NCBI RefSeq assembly: GCF_035084215.1
Contig: NC_090328.1
Location: 127,472,001-127,536,000, forward strand
DNA: 64,000 bases
Origin: Heptranchias perlo
Taxonomy: Eukaryota
Direction of reading: 5' to 3'
The notes beneath the pieces were generated by a model. It did not search any database and was not told the origin of the DNA. It saw only the letters and a list, made by a program, of their open reading frames with translations. Shown piece after piece: positions 48,170 to 61,954 of the stretch. Positions within the stretch are counted from its first letter, which is position 1. Each line of letters opens with the position of its first letter. A program made the translations under genes and the position numbers.

Positions 48170-50290
48170 ATGGAAATCACCTGGAATTGCAGTCCCAATG
48201 CCAGATTGTTAAATTTGCAGGTGGTACCAAGTTTGAGGAGAGGGGAGGAACTATGGACTCAGGACGCTGCCAGGATCTTACAAAGAGAGTTTGACAGGGT
48301 TTCCACTGGTCTGATCCATTAGCAAATGAGGTTCAATATGGAGAAATGCAAGGTACTGGATAGTGGAAGCAAAATAAGAGGCACATAACTCTGGGGAGGG
48401 AGGTGTGGTGGTGGTGGGGGGCAGTGGTTGCTGAGAGAGATCTATGGATGTTAGAAAGAAACAAGACTTGCATTTTTATACCATCTTTAACATCATCAGG
48501 ATACCCCTTTGACTCATCCCTCATCCTGTCTGAACAGTGTAAGTGTGTTAGCCAATTTAGTACCTTGCCTCTAAATATAATTTGGGTTCAAGCTATATTT
48601 ATCAATTTAATCTTTATTTAATCGAAGGTTCAAGTATTCCAGCAAAACATGGAGCATTGACAATAACAGTATGCGAGCATGCCATTATGGGATGACCTTA
48701 ACTTACTGGATATAGTAATTAACTTATCCTGGGAGCAGGGCCAAGTGACATCTCTTTCTCTTTGTCGAGGATTCACTGCAGCTCGCCACCTGAGTGCAGG
48801 TCCTCTCACTATATACTCTTTCTTATCACTGCTAAGTGATCGCTAGCATTCTGCTCTGGTTGTGTTTATTTTCCAGACTTTACATGAACTTATTACATTT
48901 GACCGACCAGATGGCATCCTTCTGCTGAATTAACACTCTCGTGTCCTTGCAATTGGCATCAGCTAATACCAGCTATCTTATCACCCAGCACATTCTTTCC
49001 ATCTCTGATTACTATTCACCCTTGGGAGTCTAGCGATTTCCAGGTCTACGGAACCTTCTTGTTCTCATAATCTCAGCACTTACCACAAGGATATTTATAC
49101 ATTGTCTTGTCTGTTCTCATAGATTTTGCTTCCTTATCCATTTCCCATACAGGGACCATCTGCTCAAACATCCTCCCCCTCCCCCTCCTCCTCCCCTTGC
49201 ATACAATTGCACAGCAGTAACTAGACATTGATTAGCTATTTCAAATTCAGCTCTTTGTGGCCCAAAGACTATATTATCATGCTTCACAAAAAAAATAACA
49301 TTTCAGACAGCTGCAATATGCTCAGTAACCTTATATAAAGACAAAGCATAGCAGTACTAAACTAGCAAATTCCATCCAACTAATCAAATTAACAGCAGGA
49401 TCTCTGCTGCTGCCCCAGTTAACCTTTCCATTCTGGTTTATAACAGTTCCCAAAGTTATTATCCATCAAATAGGGTGTTGGGTTATACATACTACCAATT
49501 TTGTTGAGTTCAAATCCCCAAAGGTTGTGCTGAAGCTGTACAATGCCATGGACAAACTGCATCTGGAGTACTATGTATTTCTCTGATTGCCGTAACATAA
49601 GGAGCCATTCAGAATCTAGAGGTGATGCAAAGGATAGTAATGAGGTGTATCCCTGGTGTCAGGGAGAAGAGTTACGAGGATTGGCTTGAAAACTAGAGCT
49701 CTTCGGCTTCAAGTATAGTTGTCTCCTCTTTTGCTGAGGAATAGCTGTCTTAGAGGGGACTTTATAGAGCAATATAAGATAGTGGGATATAGAAAATAAA
49801 TAAATCTGGAACAAAACTTTCAATACATCAAGGAAGTAGGAGAAGAGAGAACAGGTTCAGGCCTGTGAATGGCAAATTTATGGCCAAATGTCACAACCCT
49901 ACATTTTGTAACTTTCTTCCTAAACCCCTCCACCTTGCCACATTTCTCCTCAACTTCAAAAGTGTTCTCTTTGGACACTTCTATCACCTCACTTAATTTT
50001 CTCCCATTTCCTGCTTGTTACCTAGTCAGCTATGTGTGAAGTACCTTGGGATGTTTCACTTATTTAAAGACATATTGTAAGCATAATTTATTGTTAGAAT
50101 AGAGGTCAGAAAGTATTTCTTTCCATATAGGGTGCTCAACAACTCAAACCAGTTTCTAGGATGGTTAATTAAGCTCAGCACACTGGACTTGCTAACTGCT
50201 GTAATTAGAAGGCACTCGAGTTAGTATTCCTGAAAGAATGAGACTAAATGAATGGAAGGACCTTCTCCATTCAAACAACTTGTGATTTTG
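48170..50290 (+). mobile_element. Ancient fragmented CR1 with intervening insertions
   Basis: KFAGGTK, FNMEKCKV, HLEYYV remnants. Confidence 0.55.
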
Positions 50291-51001
50291 TATATATTTG
50301 ACCTATTGTATTAATCCACACATTGATGTGTATGTGGATGCTGAACTTCAGATAGTTGGACACAACAAAGGCTATGGGCTTGTGGAAACTTAATATTACT
50401 TATTCTATACAATGCATTAACACCCAAACAAAGTAGTACAAGAGAGAATTTATTATTTTACTTGTACAAGTGGAAGAGCACCTCAAGACAATGGTTGAGG
50501 ATACATCTTCACCGAGTTCAAGGAACAGCTCACGTTTATACAGCTCAGTAACAACGCCCACCTGTCACAGAATATGGGCGTACACGTACATTCTTTATTG
50601 GCTCGGGTAGTTGGTCAATCAAAATAGGGAACCCACCCTCGAGTTCCCATAGCCATCTTGATATCTTGGATGCAGGCCTGAGAAAGTGCTTTTTCCCTAA
50701 GAAACTGTCTTTATTATCAGTAAGTCTGTAGCTAGTCTCAAGGCTATATGGTCATTTATTCCTGTTAGTCAGCTACCTCTCTATCTAAAGGGAGGACAGC
50801 TATCAGCATGAGAAACTCAAAGTAATTACACAATTGTGCTTCTATGTGTTTTTGTGAGAAACTTTATTATGTGAGTTTAAGTGAATTAGCTGGTCAGTTA
50901 ATATGGTCAAGTATCCCTTCATGCATTTCCACATTCATGAGTTAGGTGAATTAGAGAGAGAGTTAATATGGTCAAGTATCCCTTCATGCATTTCCACATT
51001 C

Positions 51002-52525
51002 TCTGACAACATCCCAGCTGTAGTGTTAAAAGACCACAGCACCAGAGTTAGCCACACCCCAGGCCAATTATTTCAGTACAGCTTTGACACTGGCATCTTC
51101 CCACAATGAGGCAAATTGGCCAGGTGAGTCCTATCCACAAAAATACAGGATAAATTTAACTTGGCCAATTACCACTCCTTTCATCAGTACAATGATGAAA
51201 GGAGTCATCAATAGTGCCATTACGCAATACCTACTTATCAGTAACCTTCTCACCGAAACTCAGTTCAAATTCTGTTGGAATCACTTGGCTCCAAACTTCA
51301 TCAAAGCCTTGATCCGGACATGAATGTAAGAGCGGAATGTCAAAAGAGAGGTGAGTGCAGCTGCCCTCAACATCAAGGCAGCATTTGACCAAATATAGAA
51401 CCAAGGAAGCTTAGGAAAACTGGGGTCAATGAAGTCAAAGGAAAACCCCTTCAGTAGTTGGAGTCATATCTGATACAAAAGAAGATGGCTGTGGTTGTTG
51501 GAGTCCAGTCTTTGCAGAAGTTCCTCAGGGAAGTGTCCTCGGCCCAACCATCTTCAGCTGCTTCAACAATGACCTACCCTCTGTCATAAGGTCAGGAATG
51601 GAGCTGTTTGCTGATGGTTCCAGTATTCAGCTCCATTCACAATGAAGCTGCTTAAGCCAGCCTGCAGCAGGATCTGGGTAACATCCAGGTTTGGTCTGAC
51701 AAGTGGCATGTAACATTCTCACTATATATGTGCCGAGTAATGATCATCTCGAACAATAAAAAGCCCAGCCATCTCCCTTTGACTTTCAATGGCACCACCA
51801 ACACCTAGTCCATCACCATCAACATCTTGGAGGTCACCACTGACCAGAAACTTAAATAGACCAACTATATCAACAGTATGGCTACAAGAGCAGGGCAGAA
51901 GCTGGGTACTCTGAGGCAAGAGGCTCACCTCCTGGTCCCTCGAAGCCTATCCACCATCTCCAAGGCTCAAGTCAGGAGAGTGATGGAATACTCACCACTT
52001 GCCTGGGTGCGGCCGCAACACCATCCAAGACAAAACCGTTCACTTGATTGATGCACCTGTCACCAGATTCAATACTGTTTTTTTAAATTCTCGGGATGTG
52101 AGCGTCTGGCAAACCTTGAGAAAGGCAACAAGAGATCCAGCACCTCCTTTACCGATGTACTGCAGCTGCGGTGAGTACGGTCTACAGGATGCACTGCAGC
52201 AACTCACCGAGGTTACTTCGACAGCATCACCTTCCCCAGCGACTTCTACCACCGAGAAGGATGAGGGCAGCAATGCCGTGGGAGTACCATCACCTCCAAG
52301 TTCTTGTCCAAGTCAAACACCAGCCCGACATGGACATATAATCGCTGTACCTTCATCGTTGCTGGGTCACTATCCTGGAATTCCCTATTTAACACCATTA
52401 CGGGAGCACCAGCACCACAAGAACTGCAGCAGTTTGTTGAGTCGGTCTGCCACCTTCTCAGATGAACCAGGGACGAGCAATAAACGCAGCCGTGCCACTG
52501 TCGGCCGCAGCCCAAGAACAAATTT
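51002..52525 (+). mobile_element. Second, more diverged copy of the 19.8-21.3 kb LINE family
   Basis: VPQGSVLGPTIFSCFNNDL, LFAD; same 3' end layout. Confidence 0.8.
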
Positions 52526-52859
52526 TTTTTTAAAAAAGACAAAATCATTTTATTTTAAAACTAAACGACGAAACAGGGAAATAAATGAAAAACACACACT
52601 CACTAAACCGCATTCCCCATGCCCAAATTTTGTAAACTGCCCTGGCAATCGTTTTTTCTTTGGCTTTCATTTTATTAATACCCACAGTGGTGTGTGTGTG
52701 GCACCCTGAGTGCTGTGTCACTGTACAGCTCTCAGTATTTGTTTGCTGTTCTTATCCAGTTCCACATGCAAACAATTGTTGTGACTGCGCTTTTTTTTCT
52801 GACATCTACTGGGTGAGGATGTGAAATAGTCGTCAGGGGCTGTGTTTCACACATGGTTT

Positions 52860-53274
52860 CTGCAACTGGAAGCGAGACAGGCATCGATCTGTCTACTCCT
52901 CTGCAGACTAGTTCCGGGTGAAGGAGAATCTGCTCTTTTTTTTTTGTTGGTTTGATTGTAAACTTTGAGGAGGAGGTGGGTGGGTGGAAAAAAAAATTAA
53001 ATCTAGGCTTGCATTTTAGCGCACAGTGGACAGATAAGGCGAGCAGAGAGTGAAGTTGCAGTCAGTGCCTGTGTCTCTGTCCTGAGTCTCCCATTGCAAA
53101 GTGAAGGATCAGCGGCGGCTCCCCACCAGGAAATAAAGTCATAAAATAAACAGCATGATCCCCGAAGGGGCCGCACTCGCCTTTTTTTCCCTGTGATATT
53201 TTACTGCATTAACTCTCAAACCAGTGCGGACCTCAAGACAAGGTGCGAAGTGTTGGGAACACCGCTACCGACGA
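52860..53274 (+). other. Candidate first exon of a gene divergent from DNAH6
   Basis: Locally CpG-enriched non-repeat sequence ending at a consensus donor gtgagt (53275-80). Confidence 0.4.
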
Positions 53275-53639
53275 GTGAGTGTTTTATTTCGAATTCTTCT
53301 TCTTCTTCTTCTTATTCCCAGGCTTATATTGAAAGCGGAGCTTCATTTATTTGTGTAGTCTTTAAACGAGGTGGTTTACATTTTACTGAACTGAAGGGTT
53401 TTTTTGGGGGGTTTACCAGTGAGGCCTAATCATTCGTTCTCAATTTTAGTTTTTTTTTAACATCTGGAAAAATAATATACACTTTAAAAGTAATGCTAAC
53501 TTTTTTGACGGTGAGATACTTTGTATTTAAAATGATTGCAGTTTTTCAAAACCAAGTTGTGTTGATTACCATTTGGTGTTTTTATAGTGTTCCTCTTCTT
53601 TTAAAAGATAATATTGTATCTGGTTTGCTATTAATATTG

Positions 53640-54982
53640 CCTCTGATGATGCACTAGAGGCCTTGGTGCAAGATATGGACAGATGGAGGGGCATCCTATA
53701 TCTGGGAGGGGAGGGAGAGGTAAGAGGCCCCCCCCCCCAGACATTTACTCAAGAGGCAGTAGGGGATGAAGTCAATTCCAGGCGCATAGCACTACCAACA
53801 TGGATGCAGTGCAGGAAGAAGTTCAATGCTTTGACACGAGTGGTCAAGGTGAATGAGGTCAACTGTCAAGTGGCGTCTCCTACCAACTGCACCACGAGCC
53901 GCATCCACTGCTCCACGCACTACACCCCCCAACACCCACATACCAATAAACTCTTTCAATCAGTATTCAACTCTGCCAATCAGATGCTTCCTCTCACCCT
54001 CACACATTACCACTGTTGCAAGCCACACACCCACAACTCACAAGTTACACACACTGCCAGCTATTCAACCATGACTGGCACATCACCCAAACATCTCGCA
54101 GGACACTCACCGACACACTTCCCGCTTTCTTGCAGGAGAAGGTGACGCATAACAGGAGGCAGCAAGTGGCAGTGGCTCCATGGAACATGAACCTGCTGCC
54201 CTCTCTCAGGATGACAGCATTCCTGTCCCACCCCTGCCACTCCGCCAGTGCCCTTGCTGTTGCCTGTCAGCTAGCCAGCCAACTCCCTGTAGAGTATTGA
54301 AACTCTATTATAGGAACATAGGAAGAGGCCATTTAGCCCCTTGAGCCTGTTCCTCCATTCAGTGAGATCATGGTCGATCTGTGACTTAGCTCCACATACC
54401 CACCTTAGCTCCATATCCCTTAATACCTTTGGTTAACAAAAATCTATCAATTTCAGATTTAAAATTTACAATTGAGCTAGCATCAACTGTCGTTTGCAGA
54501 AGAACATTCCAAACTTCTGCCACTCTGCGTGTCGAAGTGTTTCCTAACTTCACTCCTGAAAGTCCTGGCTCTAATTTTTAGGCTATGTACCCCATTCTTA
54601 GTATTCAAGCAGAGGAGATCTCCAAAAACAGGTACTAATGCATCAGCAGCCAGAAGCAATAATCCAGCAACTAGCCTGTAACCCCTGCATGATCCCTTCA
54701 AATATGGCTGGTGGGGGTTCCTCCATGCCATTTATGACCTGTTCAGCTGTCCGAGGTTAAGACAGTGTGTTGACTGGAGCATTGTGTTCCAAAATCACCT
54801 CTGACCCTTTAAATCAGCGTTGCATACTCATCTACTCCCTACTTTACATGCTGCTGGTGATCGTTATCTGCGCCTGCGCAAACGCCTTTACCAAGATGGC
54901 GTCCGGTGTGCGCCATTTTGGGTCCTTAGGAGGCTGTGTAGAGCCTACAAAACGGGTGCTACGCATCCCTATTTATAGCCCC
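53640..54982 (+). mobile_element. Harbinger remnant with Myb exons 1-2 and an inserted CR1 tail (54310-54600, minus)
   Basis: SDDALEALV...TWMQCRKKFNALTRVVK|gt; cag|EKVTHNRRQ; TIR-like end tatttatagcccc. Confidence 0.7.
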
Positions 54983-55231
54983 ATGTGTTTTGTATTCTGA
55001 AACAAAAAAAGAAAATTATTAGTGGATGTTAAGGATGTGTTCAGCAGTGATTTTCAAACATTTTAATGTGGAGGATCCCCTGCAAGTACTGGCCTACTCT
55101 CAGGAACCCCTCCATATATTGGCATCTTCCCTGGACCCCTTTGTTCAAACTTCCAAAAGGTACCACCAGTTGCCCCCCTCCCCTCAAAAAAAGCAGTGTT
55201 ATCATTTTGTTACTTATATACAGCAACAGAT

Positions 55232-55712
55232 CATAGAATCTTACTGCAGAGGCTATATGGCCCATCGGGCCTGTGCCTGCTCTTTGAAAGAGCTATCCAA
55301 TTAGTCCATTCCCCTGCTCTTTCCCCATAGCCCTGCAAATTTCTCCTTTTCAAGTATATATCCAATTCCCTTTAGAAATTTACTGTTGGATCTGCTTCTA
55401 TCCACCCTATCAGGCAGTGTATTTCAGACCATAACCACTAGCTGCATGAAAACATTTCTCCTCATCATCTCCTGGTTCTTTTGCCAATTATCTTAAATCT
55501 GTGGCGTCTGGTTACCGACCCTCCTGCCAATGGAAGCAGTTTCTCCTCATTTATTCTATCAACTCCCCCCCCCCCCATAATTTTGAACACCACTATTAAA
55601 TCTTCCTTTAACCCGCTGTGCTGTAAGGAGAACAATCCCAGCTTCTCCAGTCTCTCCACATAACTGAAGTCCTTCATCCCTGGTATCATTTTGGTAAATC
55701 TCTTCCTGCACT
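55232..55712 (-). mobile_element. CR1 3' fragment
   Basis: RFTKMIPGMKDFSYVERLEKLGLFSL. Confidence 0.85.
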
Positions 55713-57696
55713 CGTTAGGCATGCTCGTAAGACACATACTACAGAAACATTTTTTTTTGAGTGGGGTGGAGGGGGAAGAGAGTGTGCAGTCAAACTGAAT
55801 GAATGTGAACATTTGGAAATTTGTCTTTGGCATCTCATCCATAAATTTCCCCCAAATCCAAAAGGGCAAATGTCTGCATATCAAGTACTCCCTGACTTGT
55901 GGCTCATCTGCTCATACCAGTCTGCACACCATCTCGAAACATTTTCTTTTCTGCCCATATGTTGCGCCGAAAAACCTTTGCATTCTGTTTTCTGTGTTTT
56001 CAAACATGCTGTCATACAAGTCAGTTCTGCCATCTGCCACGCTGAAAAGATGTGAGAAACTAATTGGTGGTGTTTGACTAAAAATAGTGACACAGAGGGG
56101 CTCGTCTGGTCTTTGAAGCTGGGACCTCTCTCAATTCAATCTCTATCTACGGGCTAATTCTGAATGAATCCGTGAGCTTGTGATTCTTTACGAGAGAGTG
56201 GGAGATGTTGAGAAATATGCTGAAGATTTCCCTGTAAATCGTTAATAGTGCACATTCTCACATACATTTGATACCAGTATGATGCACTAGTGCCTGATGA
56301 CCAACCTTTCAAAGCTCATGAGTCAGATTTTATATTTTAATTTGAGGAGGAGTTGCGACTGTTCCTGTCCTCTTGCGTTACAGCTCAGTTCCTGGGAACT
56401 TGATGGCAGAAGTAGATCTCTGCTGCTGTTGGCTGTATAGAAGTCAAATCATTTATTTATATTTATGAGCACTGCTGACAACTTGAGAATCATGCATCCA
56501 TAATCTCCATTACAATAAAAGTGCTATCAATTAAAATATACTATTAGATATGTAGATAGTTTTGTTGACATCTGTGGCACATTTGTTCCTTAAATACAGT
56601 TGTGGCAACAAAACTCCAGTCTTTTTAATTAGAATCGTAGCAGCGAACAAGATTTAGAAGAAGCAAAATTCAATCATTTCTGATAATGAAAGAAACAGTA
56701 TGACTATGGTATACGCAGTGATATTCTTACTAACTATAACAAAGATGTACTTGTACAGTCAGGCACACAAATCAGTGCAATTTTTGACGTGCTTTGTTCC
56801 TTGTTTTCTTGAACCATGTTTTCTACTCCCAAGTGCAGAAACTTGACAGTGCTGAAGCCTGAGCATCAGTCAGAGTAGATTTGTCCTTTGATTTTGCATG
56901 TTGAAGAACCGAAAAAATTGTGCAAACATTGAACTTGGAAATCAGACAAAGGGTAGTGCTGTTGATGTTTGGATGCTTCTCACAAGTATCCAACCCTCCA
57001 ATATTCAGCTCAGCACCCAGGTAGCCCAACTTACATTTCACGCCATTTCCCTCACCCCTATTCTAAGGAGAACTCACTTTTACATTATACTGGCAAAAGT
57101 AGACGGCAGTTCACACCTTTTAAAAATATTTGTGATTTATTTCTTATCAAGAACAATTATTCTACAGAAAGCTTTACTTCACTTAGCCCGCTCTCCAAAA
57201 AGAATCCAATTAAACAGCTTAAAGTTTCAGTATTACTAATGCCTGAAACCCTTGAATCCATTATCACCAACTAGGTATAGTTTTGAAGCTAAAATTATTT
57301 TGATCTTGACCCATAGCAAAGTCACTAGGCTTCAATCATGACTTTGCTTGCTGCTCCTGTTTGGTGCTGTTTTGACTCCACTGGCTGCTGTTTCCTGCTC
57401 TGCAGAAAATGCCAGTTCTGCTCCAGGCCTATTTGTAAATGCTGGTCCTGGACCCGACGAAGCACCAGCTCCACTCCCATGAAAACTGCCTCTACAAATA
57501 AATGGTACTTCCAACTCCTATGGTAGAGTGAGTCTCCCAGAATCAGCCAGAGAGCTATACTACCACCAATCCTGCTGTAAGGTAAAGAGCCTCACTTGAG
57601 CAGCAGAAGAACTGTATGAAGCTTGTTGGCCAGCACTACACTAGTCGTATAATACGCCAGTGATTTAGAACAGCAAGTTAGCAGGCTACTCCAGGT

Positions 57697-59236
57697 GTGA
57701 GGCAAAGGAGGAGATTGCGGGGGCTCTGACACATATATTCAGAACCTCTCTGGCCACAGGGGATGTGCCAGAGGACTGGAGAACCGCTAATGTAATACCA
57801 TTATTCAAGAAGGGGAGTAGGGAAAAACCGGGGAACTACAGGCCAGTGAGCCTAACATCAGTGGTAGGAAAATTATTGGAAAAAATTCTGAAGGACAAAA
57901 TTAGTCTCCACTTGGAGAAGCAAGGATTAATCAGGGATAGTCAACATGGCTTTGTCAAGGGAAGATCATGTCTGACTAATTTGATTGAATTTTTTGAGGG
58001 GGTGACTAGGCGTGTGGATGAGGGTAACGCAGTGGATGTGGTATACATGGATTTCAGTAAGGCCTTCGATAAAGTCCCTCACAGGAGACTGGTCAAGAAG
58101 GTACGAGCCCATGGAATCCAGGGTGCCTTGGCACTTTGGATACAAAACTGGTTTAGTGGCAGAAGGCAGAGGGTGATGGTCGAAGGTTGTTTTTGTGACT
58201 GGAAGCCTGTGGCCAGTGGGGTACCACAGGGATCGGTGCTGGGTCCCTTGCTGTTTGTGGTCTACATTAATGACTTGGATATGAATGTAAAAGGTATGAT
58301 CAGTAAGTTCGCTGATGATACAAAGATTTGTAGGGTGGTAAATAGTGAGGAGGATAGCCTCAGTCTGCAGGACGATATAGATGGGTTGGTCAGATGGACG
58401 GAACAGTGGCAAATGGAATTTAACCCGGAAAAGTGCGAGGTGATGCACTTTGGAGGGACTAACAAGGCAAGGGAATACACAATGAATGGGAGGACCCTAG
58501 GCAAGACAGAGGGTCAGAGGGATCTTGGTGTGCAAGTTCACAGATCCCTGAAGGCGGCGGAACAGGTAGATAAGGTGGTAAAGAAGGCATATGGGATACT
58601 TGCCTTTATTAGCCGAGGCATAGAATATAAGAGCAAGGAGGTTATGATGGAGCTGTATAAAACACTGGTTAGGCCACAGCTGGAGTACTGTGTGCAGTTC
58701 TGGTCGCCACACTACAGGAAGGATGTGATCGCTTTGGAGAGGGTGCAGAGGAGATTCACCAGGATGTTACCAGGGCTGGAGCGCTTCAGCTATGAAGAGA
58801 GACTGGGAAGATTGGGTTTGTTTTCCTTGGAGCAGAGGAGGCTGAGGGGGGACATGATTGAGGTGTACAAAATTATGAGGGGCACAGATAGGATGGATAC
58901 TAAGGAGCTTTTTCCCTTCGTTGAGGGTTCTATAACAAGGGGACATAGATTCAAGGTAAAAGGCGGGAGGTTTAGAGGGGATTTGAGAAAGAACTTTTTC
59001 ACCCAGAGGGTGGTTGGAGTCTGGAACTCACTGCCTGAAAGGGTTGTGGAGGCAGGAACCCTCACAACATTCAAGAAGCATTTGGATGAGCACTTGAAAT
59101 GCCATAGCATACAAGGCTACGGACCAAATGCTGGAATATGGGATTAGAGTAGACAGGGCTGATGGCCGGCGTGGACACGATGGGCCGAAGGGCCTCTATC
59201 CGTGCCGTATAACTCTATGACTCTATGACTCTATGA
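57697..59236 (+). mobile_element. Young 5'-truncated CR1 LINE with open 460-aa RT frame (57765-59147)
   Basis: NYRPVSLTS, QHGF, DFSKAFDKVPH, GVPQGSVLGP, KFADD uninterrupted; (ACTCTATG)3 tail. Confidence 0.95.
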
Positions 59237-60614
59237 ATGGAATGATTGACCAAATGAATTGACATCAGTGCATAGTTAAAAGCCCTGGTTTTTAAAATGA
59301 GCATGGGGGATCAAAAATGTTACTGCAAATAAGGCTTAAAATACTTCCATTTTAAGAATAAATTTGGATAATTTTCAGTCAACTAATGGCTTAAATGAAT
59401 GTTCTGAATTGTTTTTTTAAATAACCTTTGAGCAAATCAAAGCAGTCAGCTGTTTGCACTGTTGCACATGATAAGACACAGCAACTCTGCATCAGCTAGG
59501 ATTTTTGGGGTAGACTGCAATTTTCGTTGACTGCCAGAACAATTCACTAGTTGGGCTATGCCAGTTAATCACAACTTATAGTATATATGGGGTGTACAAT
59601 ACTTACAACAGGCTTATTGAGTAATGTCATTTTTCAGTGAGCGTCATTCCACACTGGAAATTTAGTCCTTAAGCCTAGAGACAACTATGCAGTCAGTCAG
59701 AATGACCATTATCTCACAAGCTCTTGATCTGGCTGGCACATCATGTTCTACTGAAAATAGCAGCAGATATTTTTGTGATAAGAATTTATAGGAAGGTTAT
59801 GCTGCACATTTCACATTTCTGTGCAGAAATTACTCTTTTGTATTAATGTAGAATGTGCAATATAACTAATGCCCCGCTGTCATGAGATTGGGACTCAACC
59901 TCGGGTTGTACAATTTTTCTTGGAGAGGGGTGCGAGATGAATTTTTCAAAATGGCAGCAACATAGCCCACTGGACTAGCTTAGTATTTTTTAATGTAGGC
60001 AAAGAGGTGTAAAGGAATTCTGCTGTTTACTAATATTAAAACTTTTCCCATCATTGGTTGGTTATTAGAACACTGTATATGTGCTTATTTGTGCAAGGTG
60101 TTGTTTTCCCTGGCTAGACGGTGATGCAGAGTTTGCAGCGAAACTCTGTGTTGTTGGCCTTGCCATCCTAAAGCCAGGAACCCTCCCAAATAGTAATTGC
60201 AAAATAAAAGTTTTGAATAAGAAAAGGCTATATAGGCCAATCACTCTGTACCTTTCAATAGCATGCATTCAATTTGCATTCTCATAGACACTAAATTATG
60301 GAATCTCCTTTCGAACGCAAAGCCAGGTCCAGCTTCAGAGAAATGAAACATGTGAAATTCCTCCCTAGTCCCCAAGAAAAATCAAATAAAATCCCAAGTG
60401 CAGTATCTAATGACCCCACTTATTGCACAGACGGCATTCTTTTGTTCCAAGCAGAACTAGAGTCATAGAACCCATCACCTTCGGTTATTTTCAATAGCCT
60501 GGTGGTTACAGAACTACAAAGTACTTTCAACCTTTAATTATTAGCTGAATATTCATTGACATGCGAATTGTTTAGCAAGATGTCAACACGTTGCCGTAAA
60601 GGACTAAGGTCACA

Positions 60615-61400
60615 GTAGAATTTTTTGTAGAGTTGCACTTAGTTTGTGGAGGAATGAGTTTTTCGTTTAAATCTTCCTGGAAAAATAATGGCGCGCTCAC
60701 GACGCAAACCGTTATTAATGTGCAACTCGGCCAGCAAGTTCAGAGGAAGAAGAGACCTGGCGTGAGTTGTGAATCTCCAGAATGTGCTGGTCGATTTATG
60801 CCGCTCCGCCATTTGCCTCGCACAGATGGCAGCTCGCCCTCAACCTCCCCATTACTTTTAAGAACTTGCTGGATTTGCCATTAATTGCCCATTAAACTCG
60901 CTGCAGAAAGTTAGGGCTCATACTTAACAGCGTAAGTACTCTTTTAACAACATGATAATTGTTAATGCAATGCCACTCAACTTCTTCTGTCCAGAAAGAG
61001 AACAGTTTAAACTGTTGAGTCTCATTTCTGCAGGCAGTAGATTGTTCTTGGAGACTTCTAAAATTTAAAATGTAATTTTTTTAAATTACTTTTCCTTTAT
61101 GTCTCTTTTTTTCTCTCTCTTAATCCAATCTTTCTTTCCCTCTATTTCTCTTTCTGTACCTGATTTGGCTCTTAAATTCACCCTATTTCCTTCTCCGTCG
61201 TTCCAATGTTTCTTTCTCAGTCCTTAAATTTAATTGATTAAGGAGATAGTGAACGACAGGACCAACAGTCTAAGGTCCCAGATGCCTCATTGCCCTCCAG
61301 CTCGTACTTCTAGCATGTTATGGCACAATTTTGTTCTAGCTGAAGGGTGCAAGAAAAAGTCTAACTAACGGCAGTGCCCTGATCCAACAAAATTTGGTTC
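60615..61400 (+). mobile_element. Non-coding interspersed repeat (likely non-autonomous DNA transposon), copy 1
   Basis: Reverse-complement homologous to 63395-64000. Confidence 0.65.
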
Positions 61401-61954
61401 AACATGTACAGAATATTCCCATTGTGAATTTCAAGGATTTTATTTCCAACGGGAGGCAGATGTTTATTAATAAATAATAATATAATGAACCTATATTGTA
61501 AATGGAAATTGCACAATTTTTGAGGAAAAAAGGCTCACTATAATAGGTTAAATAATCAGAAAAAATATTTAATGAAAATAGAAGCCAGGACCAGAGTGTG
61601 GATGCATAGTCACCGGTGTTTCAGCAGTAGGAACTAAGCCTTAATTTTCCCTCATCTCCATTGCAAAACTATTTAAAGAGCTGCAAATTACCTCCTTGAG
61701 ATGGTCTGGAAGTGTAAGTTTTATCAATGTGCAAGAAATTTGATCTGGATTATGAAGACTTTTGATCGTATTGAATTTGAGAGCATCTAATTCATATGCC
61801 AAATTTAAAAGAACTGGGTGGTACAGTGGGTTCGTCATTGGCTTTTACTCATGAGACCTTGGGCTGAAATCTAGCCAAGACTGAAGGGTTAAAAGCCGCC
61901 GCGGTCTGGTGGCTTTAAGGGTCCAACATGAATTGAGTTTGCATTAAAAAAAAA

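Noticed and set aside
50463-50830. Second solo LTR (TGT...ACA)
   Set aside because: No matching TSD found and boundaries ambiguous
57332-57581. Small hydrophobic/Cys-rich ORFs resembling a secreted-peptide exon
   Set aside because: No in-frame ATG for the hydrophobic frame, early stop, no recognisable family
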